From an uncultured delta proteobacterium (lineage in GTDB: Bacteria; Myxococcota; Myxococcia; Myxococcales; Anaeromyxobacteraceae), in contig CAWJSR010000055.1 in NCBI GenBank assembly GCA_963845515.1, positions 32,001 through 96,000 of the forward strand: a stretch of DNA of 64,000 nt. Reading direction: 5' to 3'. Made by a program: the position numbers and the translations under genes. The notes beneath the pieces are model-generated. The model was not told where the DNA came from. It saw only the letters and a list, made by a program, of their open reading frames with translations, and did no database searches. This document shows positions 29,301 to 38,194 of this stretch, piece after piece; the stretch's first letter is position 1, and every line of letters begins with the position of its first letter.

Positions 29301-32300
29301 AGTTCGTGATCCCCGTCGCGCTCCACTGCGCTACGACCGTCTCTCCGGCCAGCGTCGCGCCGTGACAGTAGTTGACGCACGTCGGCGTCCCTTCCCACGC
29401 CGTCGAGTAGGCGTTGGTCCCCGCGAGCGGCGTCGGCGTCACCCCACCCGTCGTGGCCAGCCCATTCCACGCTGCGTCACGCGTGCCGTTGTGCTGCACC
29501 GTCGAAGGGTGGCACTCCGCGCACGCCAGGCCGTTGGTCCGGTAGGTGTCGCTGTCCACGTGCTGTGAGGTGCGCTCCGACGCGCTGGCTGGTGCTCGAG
29601 TCCGGCGTCATCCACCGGCGGTGCGCCCTTGAGGTTCGCGTCCACGGTCCCCACGATCGACTTCACGCGGGTCGCAGAGCCGTGGCAGTCGCCGCAGGCG
29701 AGCGTCGCGCCCCACTGCGCGTTCTTGTTGCCGTGGCAGCTGATGGCGGAGCAGGTCTCACTCGCCTCGTCGTAGGTGAAGGTGATCCCAGGCCCCGCAG
29801 AGACGTCTCGCGTGTTGTCCAGGTGCTGCAGCCCGTCGGTGATCAGCGCCCCCGAGGTCTGGACAGTCGTCGCGTGGCAGTTCACGCACTCCGTCTTCGC
29901 CGTCGCCAGCACCGAGCTCAGGTGCTTGTCGTGGCTGTTCCGCGTCTTCACGTTCCCGGTGTTGTTCGCGTAGTTCGGCTCGCCGTACACCGCGTTGAAC
30001 GCCGACGGCGTATCCGACCCGTGGCACGCGAGGCAGTTGTCCGTGATCGCGCTGCCCCACGTGGCCGTCTTGTAGTCGGCGGCGACGAGCGGCGGCTCAG
30101 TCCCGTTCGAGTGGCAGTAGTTCGTCCCGCACGCGCCGCCGCTCCAGCTCGCCGCGTCCACGTCCTTCTGCCCGTCCACGTGGTTCGCGAAGCCGGTCGT
30201 CGCGTCGATCGCCCCGTCCGCGGCACCGATCGTCGCGTCGTGGCACGTCACGCACCCCAGGTTGGTGCCCAGGTAGGCCGCGGCGTTCACGTGACCCGTG
30301 TGCGAGCCCGTCGCCAGCTTGTACGTCGCCGACGAGTTGCCGCCGTGGCAGTTGTCGCAGTCCGCGTCCGTCGTCCCCGTGCTCCAGCTCATCGCCGTCG
30401 GGTTCGTCGTCGCCCCGAACGCCGGTCCCACCGTCGTCGTCCCGTTCGAGTGGCAGTACGTGGACGTGCACCCGTACCCCGGGGTCCCGGCGTAGACGCC
30501 GCCCTGCTGGTTCACCGTGTCCGCCGGGAACGCCACCGCCGAGAAGTCCACTTCCTTCGTCCGGTTGACGTGGTTCCCGACCGTCGCGATGCTGATCGAC
30601 GAGTCGTCCGTCATCGTCGGCGCGTGACACTCGTCGCACGTGTACGTGTAGCCCGTCAGGTGCTTCGAGTGCTTCGCCGACAGGTTCGTCCCGCCGAACG
30701 CAGACACCGCGTGGCAGCTCCCGCACGTCATGTCCGCCGCGCTCGTCCACGAGAAGGCAGGCGCCAGCAGCGTCCCTCCCAGCGGCGTCGCGTTCGAGTG
30801 GCAGTACACCGTGCTGCAGTTGGGCGACGCCTCGAACGCCGCCCCGAACGCCGCCGGGTTCGGCACCATCGTCGACCCGTTCGTCGCCAGCGCGCCCCAG
30901 CCGATCCCCACCGCCGCGTCGGCGTGCGTCGTGGTCCCGTCCGTCGGCTTCGTCCCGTGGCAGTTCGAGCAGTCCAGCGCCGCGACGCTGTTCTTGCTCC
31001 CAGCCGGCCGCACGTGCGCGTCGTGCGCACCCACGCTCGGAACCGAGACCAGGGCGGACCCGTTCGTGTCCACGCCGGTCCCGTTGTAGCCAGGCGCCGC
31101 CGTCATCGACGTGTTCGGCACCGCCGCAGCGGCCACCCCGGCCAGCACGCCGTGGCAAGCCGTGCACCCGTTGTTCGGCTTGTCCGTCCCGGCCACCGTG
31201 CTCTGGTTGACGTGCGTGTCCTTCGCTTCGACCGTGATCCCGCTCGTCACGTAGCCCGCGCCATGGCAGGCCACGCAGTTGGTGTTCTGCGGGTGGTCAC
31301 CAGCGCCAGCGTCCACCGCCGCAGGCACGCCGTGGCACGTGCCGCACGCCACCTCGCCCACTCCGGCCGTCCACGTCGGCGCCCGGTCGCTCCCGCCCAT
31401 CTCCGTCCCGCCAGGCGCGTGGCAGTACGTGTTCGAGCACGTCGCCCCGTCCCAGGTCGGCGTCTTCGTCCCGCCGTTCGTCGCGACGGTCCCCCACGCC
31501 ACCTGCTTCGTCCTGTTGTGCGTCCAGCCGTTGTGACACTCCGCGCACGCCAGCGCGTTCTGCCTCAGCCGGATCTGGTTCGCGTGCGCGATGTGCGCTC
31601 CCACCGCCCGCGTCGTCGTCAGCGTCTCGTTGCCGAGCCCTTCGGGCGGCGAAGCCTCCAGGTTCACGTCCGCGCCGGCCACCGGCGTGCGCGCCGCCCC
31701 GGTGTTGCCGTGGCACCCGTTGCAGGCGAGGGTCGCGCCCCACTGCGCGTTTCCGCCGCCGTGGCAGTTGATGCTGGTGCAGGTCTCGCTCGCCTCGTCG
31801 TAGGTGAAGGTGATCCCCGACCCCGCAGAGACGTTGCGGCCGTTCTTCAGGTGGTCCCCGCCGCCTGCGACCAGCGCGCCCGAGACCTGGACCGTCGTCG
31901 GATGGCAGCTCACGCAGTCCGCCGCCGCCGCCACGTGCTTATCGTGGCTGTTCCGCGTGTCGGGATCGCTCGTGTTGTTGGTGTACCAGGGGGCGCCGGC
32001 GATCCCGCCGGCCTCACGTCCGTGGCACTCCTTGCAGTTGTCGGTGCTGTCTGCCCCACCCCAGGTGACCGACACGTACCCCGGCGTCTCCGTCCCGTCC
32101 GAGTGGCAGTAGTTCGCCGCGCAGGAGTTCCCTGCGAACGTCGTGGTGCCCGTGTCGACCGCACCATCCACGTGCTTCGTCTTGTCTGTGATCACGCCGT
32201 TGGAGGCGTCGACGATCGCATGGCACGTCAGGCAGTTGTACGTGGTGTTCTTGTAGGCGGTCGCGTCGGCGACGTGCAGCGCGTGCGACCCGCTCGACAA

Positions 32301-34203
32301 GGTGGTGGCGTCGTCGTGGCAGCCCACGCAACCGAACGTGGCCACCGCAGAGAACGACGGCGCCGGCACGGTGCCCGGCGTCGCGGGGGTCGGGTTGTGG
32401 CAGTAGGTGCTGGTGCAGGTCGGGTAGCTCCAGGTCGGGGCGCGCGCGCCTCCGTCCGACGCGATCGTGCCGAACACGACCTGCGCCTCCTCGGTGCCGG
32501 CGGTCGCAGCGTGCGCGTTCGGGATGGGGTGGCACTCCGCGCAGCCCATGGGCGAGGCGACGGTGGTCGCGTCGTTCACGTGGGTCTGGTGGACGCCCAC
32601 GCCGCGGACGGAGACGGCGTCGGAGGTCGTGCCGCCGTAGGACTTGGGCGGGGCCAGCTTCGCGTCGGCGCTGGCGCCGGTGACGAGCACCCGCGAGACG
32701 TTGCCGTGACAGTCGGTGCAGGCCGTCCCCTGGGAGATCCCGTCGATGTGCGTGATCTTCGCCGACGCGGAGAGGGGGACGGTGTAGCCGGGGTGGCAGA
32801 GCACGCAGCCGGTCGGCGTGGAGAGCGGGTGCGCGGCGCCGGAGTGGAGGAGCGTCGGCGGGCTGCCGTGGCAGCTGCCGCAGGTGAGCGTCGCGGGGGT
32901 GTTCCACTTGACGGTGAGCTTGGTGGCGGGCGAGCCGTCGGCCATCGTCGCGCCGTGGCAGTAGTTGGTGCAGGTCGGGTTGCTCACCCAGCCCGCGGTC
33001 GTGACGCCGGCCGCGGGCGAGACCGTCGCACCGTCGGCCCTGGTGATCGTCCCCCAGTTCAGGTCGATGTCGTTGTCCCCGTGGCCGTAGTTCAGGTGGC
33101 ACTCGGCGCAGGTCAGCGCGTCCCGCCGGTAGGTGTCCGCGTTGACGTGATCGAGGTGGACACCGCCGTTCAGGACCTTGGGGGCGGTCGTCGTCGGCGC
33201 GGTGGGAGGCGAGTAGGTCAGGTATGCGTCCGTCGCCCCGGAGATGGCGGAGGCGCGGCCGCCCGCGGCACCGTGGCAACCGGCGCAGTCGACGTTGAAG
33301 CCCTTCTTGTGCGAGTGGCAGGCGGCGCAGTTCTTCGAGCTCGTTCCCGCTGTGGGAGGTGAGCGTGCCGTTGCTGCGGAAGACTGCGGTCCGCGTGTGG
33401 CAAACCTGGCACGGGCCGCTGCCGTCACCGTTTGCGAAGGAGGCCGCGGAAGGGTACCCGACGCCGCCGTTGGAGACGTATCCACGGCGGGTGGAGAAGC
33501 GGACCTGGGCCGGCGGGAGTGCCTGGTACACGTTCGGCGGGTCGATCTGGGTCGCGATGAGGGAGGCGTTGGTGGTGTCGTGGGGCTGGTGGCAGGTGCG
33601 GCAGCCGGCGTACCAGGAGCCGTACTTCTCGGGACCCGTCGCTTCCGAGGAGTGGGACTGGTGGGCGTGGCAGTCGCTGCAGAGCTGGCCGCCGTTGTCA
33701 CGGACCAGCAGCTTGCCGTCGCCCCGCTTCTGGTTGCCCCCAATCCCCGCGTAGTTCGTCGTTACCGCGACCGGCCCCGACCAGACCACGTCGAGCGCCG
33801 TGCCGTTCGTCCCCGACGCCTGGAGCGTGTAACTCTGGCCGGAGGTGAGCTGACTCGTCGTCAGCCTTCCTTCCCAGATCCCCGAGTCGGTCGCCGTACC
33901 GTACTTGAGGTTCTGAGTCAGTGGGATCGAGCCGGTGCCCGCCCCCTGCCACTCGAGCGTCACCGCGCCGATGGCCTGCGTCGCCCCGCCGGCCGTCTTC
34001 GGGCTGAAGACGCGCACTTGCACGCGCAGGGGTAGCGTGATCGCCCCGGGGCCCGGGTTCACGATCCCGATGACCACCTTCCGGTTGTTCGCGGTCGGGT
34101 CGCCCTCCGGGTGAACCGCGGCGGCAGCGATCCCCGCGGCCAATGCCATGATCCCCAGGGCGGCGAAGCGCGCGAAGATGCGAACGTTCTTGCGGGAGCT
34201 CAT
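23381..34203 (-). CDS. Giant secreted multiheme c-type cytochrome (about 3600 aa, about 80 heme motifs, Geobacter-type CxxxxCH...CxxCH repeats); at least a dozen apparent frameshifts
   Basis: Start MSSRKNVRIF.. with signal peptide. Continuous heme-motif repeats run through ORF fragments 32014..34236, 29439..33743, 27337..29559, 26730..27686, 26924..27223, 26485..26835, 25636..26415, 24783..26003, 24196..25410 and 23313..24359, ending ..SRPLNY-TAG at 23381. Hand count about 62 CxxCH + about 19 CX3-4CH. Confidence 0.82.
29070..31830 (-). repeat. About 2.05-kb internal super-repeat of the giant cytochrome (offsets 2028-2067 bp)
   Basis: ITFTYDEASETC at about 31790 and 29763. GTDKPNNGCTACHGVLA..AAPGYNGTGVD..VGAHDAHVR at about 31141 and 29074. 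Similarity is visible at the DNA level. Confidence 0.75.
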
Positions 34204-34245
34204 CGACTCTCTCTCCTCAAACCTTGTCGTCGGCACTGGCTGTCG

Positions 34246-35406
34246 CTACCGCGCGTCCCTGCTGAGGGAGTTCGAATCGGCGTTGTGGACGCGATGGCAT
34301 GTCGTGCACCGCACGAGCCCGCCATCCAGGACGAGATCGTTGGTGGCGTTCCGCTGCCCGTCTTCGGCGTCGCTCGCAGAGGTCCCCAGCTTACCCTCGA
34401 GGTCGGTGGTCGCCGTCCCATCCGCGTCGAGCACCGTCCCACGGTCGGAGTTCAACCCGTTCGCGTTCAGCCCGACGTTGACGGGGTGGCTGAACTTCCG
34501 GACCCCGTTCGGTCGGTAGTAGCGATCGTCGCCTCGCGCGCGGACATGGTTCATCACGCGCTCCTTGTGGCAACTGAAGCAGATGTCGTCGTTGACGTTC
34601 GTGACCCTGAGGAACGGATAGCCGACGTAGAAGTCCCAGAGGTCGCCGACCGCGGCTCCAGCCGTCCACTTCACCTTGATCCCTGCGATGTCCAGGTCGA
34701 CGTCAGTGTTGTTGACGTACTTCTTCCCTTGGCCTCCTGACGTACCGGGAATCCAGGCGGTGCCGTTCCAGTTGAGCCAGCTCTCCGCGTTCCAGCCGTA
34801 GTCGTGGGACAGGATGAAATACCCCTCCCCCCTTGCCACGTCGACACTCTGGATCTGCAGCCGGAAGCCCTCGGCGTTCGATCCGGGAGCTGCCGTCAGC
34901 GTCAACGTTGCGCTGCCGGAGCCGGACGTCGCGGCCTGGCCAACGCCAACCGGAATCGAGGTATGCATTGACCCGGGCTTGAGTCCAGCCGGCGCATCGT
35001 GCGCGTTGTGACAGACCACGCACTGGAGGTTGCCGGCGCTCCATACATAGTCGTCGGCGAATCCTCCGACGATCTGCGCGCCGTGCGCCGGGCTGGCCCC
35101 CGGCTTGCTCCAGCTGTGGCTGGTGCCGGTCGTCCCCGGAACCGCCTCGTCCGTGGCCGGGACCCACGGCGCGCCGAAAGCCTGCCCGGACTGGTTGTGG
35201 CAGTCGAGGCAGGCAGTGCTGAGGGTGTACGTGGTCTCCGTGCGTACCGCGAGGCTATGGCAGAAGTAGCACGCCTGCTCGCCATTCGCGGTCTTGTCGT
35301 GGGGAGGGAAGAGCCGCTCCGGAGTCACCAGTGAGTGAGCCACCGCCGGCGCAAGGAGAGCGACCAGCACCGCGCCTATCGCCGTGCCTACCAGGAAGCT
35401 GCGCAT
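34246..35406 (-). CDS. Pentaheme c-type cytochrome with inserted beta-rich domain (paralog of 61049..62143)
   Basis: Signal peptide. CYFCH, CLDCH, CVVCH, CFSCH, CTTCH. FSHPVN. C-terminal HNADSNSL. Confidence 0.9.
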   Translation of the reverse strand: MRSFLVGTAIGAVLVALLAPAVAHSLVTPERLFPPHDKTANGEQACYFCHSLAVRTETTYTLSTACLDCHNQSGQAFGAPWVPATDEAVPGTTGTSHSWSKPGASPAHGAQIVGGFADDYVWSAGNLQCVVCHNAHDAPAGLKPGSMHTSIPVGVGQAATSGSGSATLTLTAAPGSNAEGFRLQIQSVDVARGEGYFILSHDYGWNAESWLNWNGTAWIPGTSGGQGKKYVNNTDVDLDIAGIKVKWTAGAAVGDLWDFYVGYPFLRVTNVNDDICFSCHKERVMNHVRARGDDRYYRPNGVRKFSHPVNVGLNANGLNSDRGTVLDADGTATTDLEGKLGTSASDAEDGQRNATNDLVLDGGLVRCTTCHRVHNADSNSLSRDAR

Positions 35407-35408
35407 CC

Positions 35409-37895
35409 CTATTCCTCCGCCTCGTCGCCCACCACGGCGACGCTCACCCGGGCCGGTGCGCTCCGCACCAGACCGTCATCCACCTCGAGCTCGAACTCGT
35501 ACGTCCCCGCCGACTTCGGTCTGAAGGTCGCCACCGACGTCCCCTCGATTACCGTCCACGGCCCACCCACCTGCGCCCACCGGTACCCCTTCGCTCCGGT
35601 CGACCCCCGCGCGTCCAGGGAGACCCGCGCCCCCGTCACCACCGTTGCGGGCCCGCTCACCTTCGCGAACGGGATCGGCTTCCCGTCCTTCCTCGCCTCC
35701 ACTCGGACCCGCATCGGCGCACCCACCCCAGCACCGTCCTTCACCGTCAGCTCGAACTCGTACGACCCAGGCTCGAACAGGTACGCCGTCGCCATCGCGC
35801 GATCCGCCGACCCGACCCCGGTCGCCGGCCCCGACACCTGCCGCCACGCGTACTCCGCGCTCCCGCTAGACGACGTGCTACCCGCGCCGTCCAGCGTCGC
35901 CTCCGTCCCCACCGCAGCCACGGCAGGGGCCTTCGCCACCGCCACCGGCAGCGCGCCGTCAGCCGCCGCCACGTAGACCTCCACTCGACCGGGCGGCGAC
36001 TGGATCCCGGCCTTGGTGACGGTGACCTCGAAGGTGTAGCGACCGGCCTCGCTCGCCTCGAAGCTGGCGGCGGCGAGTCCGTCGCCAACGACTGGAACCT
36101 GGGGACCGGCCACCTGGCGCCAGGAGTAACCCGCGGCGCCGGCGACGATGCTAGCCGTCGCGTCGAGCGCTATCCGCCCTCCTACCTTCCCGACCACCGG
36201 CGTCGCGACCACCGCGACCGGCACCTTCTGCTTCCCCACCACCACGACGCTCGACTCAACCGCGTCGCCGAGCTTCGACGGGTCCGTGACCGTTGCCCTG
36301 AAGTCGTGGGTCCCTGGAGCCGAGAACGTCGCCGTCAGCGCGCTCGTGGTCTCCCCGCCCGTCACGACAGGGCCGGTGAGCTGCTCCCAAGCGTGCGCCA
36401 GCGGGTCGCCGTTGGCGTCATCGGACCGCCCCGCATCGAGCGTGACCGCCGCGCCGCCCTCGACCACCTGCACCCTCGTCGCGACCGCCATGGGCGAGAC
36501 GTTGACGACGTTCGCCGTGACCTCGATGGGATCCGACTTCACCCCGCCGCACGTCGCCACGACGGTGAAGTGGTACGCACCCTTGCGCGCCGGGAAGGTC
36601 GGCGCGAACCCCTCCGCCTTCCTCAACGCGACCGTCCTCTCGTCCTCCGGCGCCTGGGTCCACTGAGCAGTGCACTTCGACGGGTCGGGGATCTCCGTCA
36701 CCGTCGCCGACAGCCTCACCAGGCCGGGTACGAACTCCGTCGCCCCGCTCGCCACCAGGACCGGCCTGACGTTCGGCGGACGCAACGGATCCGTTCCGTT
36801 CGCCACCTCCACCGCGTCCGACTCGCCGTCCCCGTCCGTGTCGACGTTCCCTGGTGCGGTCCCGAGCGCGTACTCCTCCAGGTTCACCAGCCCGTCCCCG
36901 TCCAGATCCTTCAGCGCGTCCTGCGCGCTCGTCGAGTCGAGCCCCACCTGACCCTCCCAGGCGTCGTTCATCCCATCGCAGTCGCCGTCCCCAACGCACT
37001 CCGGCAGCGGCCTCCCGTCCCCGAAACGATCGATCCGACTCGCGAGGAGGTTCGCGACCAGCAGGTCGCCGTTCTCCATGACCGCCATCCCCGCAGGCTG
37101 CTCCAGCGTCCCGACGCCCGTCTGGGAGAGGCCGATCGTCTGCACTCGCGTGTCATCCGGGGCCACGACCTCGACCTTGTTGAGATTGAGATCCGCGACG
37201 AAGAGCTGACCGCCCGAGCCGACCAGCAGCGCCCCCGTCAGCTTCGCCGGGCCGACTCCGCTCGCGCCGATCACCTTCACGCGAGCTCCGCTCACCGGAT
37301 CCAGCCCGAAGATCATCCCCCCCGGGCTCTCGTGATCCTGAGCCACCCAGATGACTCCCGACGAGGCGTCCACCGCCACGTCCACCAGCCTGAACAACCC
37401 GCCCGTCCCCGATGGCCTGAACTCCGACACCAGCGAACCATCCACCGCGCGCGACTGGACCACCCCGGAGCTGAAGACGGACCAGACAACGCCTCGCGCT
37501 GCGTCCCAGGACATCCCCGTAGGACTGACGCCCAGCCCCAGATGCACCTTCCCCCCGAGCACCTTCCCGTTCCGTTCGTCCAGCACGACGAATTCAACGC
37601 GGTCGTTCACCGCGTAGATCTTCCCGCCCCCGGCCGTCACCGCCCTCACGCCGTTCAGGAGCGTCGCGACGAAGTCACCCCGCTTCGTCAGCAGGTTCAG
37701 CTGCCCCTTCGCGTCGATCACCACGAACTGCCCGCTGGAGGTAGCCGCCATGCGCCGAGGCCCGAAGATCTGCGCGCCGACGCTCCCCTGCAGAGTCGGG
37801 ACACCGACGGCACCGTCCGAAGCAGTGGCCTGGCCACACGTGAGGAGAACACACACCGGCAGCAGGATCGCGCGTCCGAGCGTTCCGGAGGTCAT
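35409..37895 (-). CDS. Secreted NHL-propeller + TSP3-like Ca-binding + PKD/K319L-type Ig-repeat protein
   Basis: Signal peptide, NHL repeats, DGDGLVNLEEYALGT..DTDGDG repeats, repeated VTLDA..S...Y.W.QV.GP...G.Y.FEL.V.D modules. Confidence 0.88.
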   Translation of the reverse strand: MTSGTLGRAILLPVCVLLTCGQATASDGAVGVPTLQGSVGAQIFGPRRMAATSSGQFVVIDAKGQLNLLTKRGDFVATLLNGVRAVTAGGGKIYAVNDRVEFVVLDERNGKVLGGKVHLGLGVSPTGMSWDAARGVVWSVFSSGVVQSRAVDGSLVSEFRPSGTGGLFRLVDVAVDASSGVIWVAQDHESPGGMIFGLDPVSGARVKVIGASGVGPAKLTGALLVGSGGQLFVADLNLNKVEVVAPDDTRVQTIGLSQTGVGTLEQPAGMAVMENGDLLVANLLASRIDRFGDGRPLPECVGDGDCDGMNDAWEGQVGLDSTSAQDALKDLDGDGLVNLEEYALGTAPGNVDTDGDGESDAVEVANGTDPLRPPNVRPVLVASGATEFVPGLVRLSATVTEIPDPSKCTAQWTQAPEDERTVALRKAEGFAPTFPARKGAYHFTVVATCGGVKSDPIEVTANVVNVSPMAVATRVQVVEGGAAVTLDAGRSDDANGDPLAHAWEQLTGPVVTGGETTSALTATFSAPGTHDFRATVTDPSKLGDAVESSVVVVGKQKVPVAVVATPVVGKVGGRIALDATASIVAGAAGYSWRQVAGPQVPVVGDGLAAASFEASEAGRYTFEVTVTKAGIQSPPGRVEVYVAAADGALPVAVAKAPAVAAVGTEATLDGAGSTSSSGSAEYAWRQVSGPATGVGSADRAMATAYLFEPGSYEFELTVKDGAGVGAPMRVRVEARKDGKPIPFAKVSGPATVVTGARVSLDARGSTGAKGYRWAQVGGPWTVIEGTSVATFRPKSAGTYEFELEVDDGLVRSAPARVSVAVVGDEAEE

Positions 37896-37909
37896 GGGGA
37901 GGCGCAGGA

Positions 37910-37925
37910 TGCAAGACCCGATCCC
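37910..37925 (-). promoter_or_regulatory. Possible sigma54 promoter for cassette 23381-37895
   Basis: Minus strand GGGATCGGGTCTTGCA (GG-N10-GC, TTGCA). An alternative CGGCAGCGGTTTTTGC at 37926-37941 has one base too many. Confidence 0.4.
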
Positions 37926-38029
37926 GCAAAAACCGCTGCCGTTTCAAGTAGATTGGCAGTGCTAACGAGACGTTTGCGGCTTTGGAGCCGGTCCCGCGAC
38001 CGCGAGCTTCACTGAAGGTACAGGCAAGT

Positions 38030-38065
38030 TGGTGAAATCCCCCATGACGCCGGAGAAATGCCCCA
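38030..38065. promoter_or_regulatory. Tandem TGGTG-AAATC-CCCCA / CGGAG-AAATG-CCCCA sites (21-bp period); candidate activator binding sites
   Basis: Two imperfect TGGGG-N5-CCCCA palindromes two helical turns apart, resembling the sites at 5265-5298. Confidence 0.5.
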
Positions 38066-38194
38066 CCCAACGCGTCAGCGTGCTCCGTCAGGGTTATCCT
38101 TCAGGCGCCGCCGTAGGCCCTGCACCCACCGCTGCGCCAACCCCCGGCCCCCTCTGCCCGCTTCTTCTCGCGCAGCGCCGGAGCGCCATCCCTC

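Noticed and set aside
23381..33300. Recurrent GTGGCAGTAG-type short repeats as a CRISPR array or DGR template
   Set aside because: They are the antisense of YCH/CH codons in heme motifs, irregularly spaced. No cas or reverse transcriptase genes are present.
29565..33362. 1265-aa plus-strand ORF (also 53161..56979, 35331..38015, 38264..40609, 11315..12847)
   Set aside because: Arg/Val/Ala-rich antisense shadows of well-supported minus-strand genes, typical of high-GC DNA, with no motifs.
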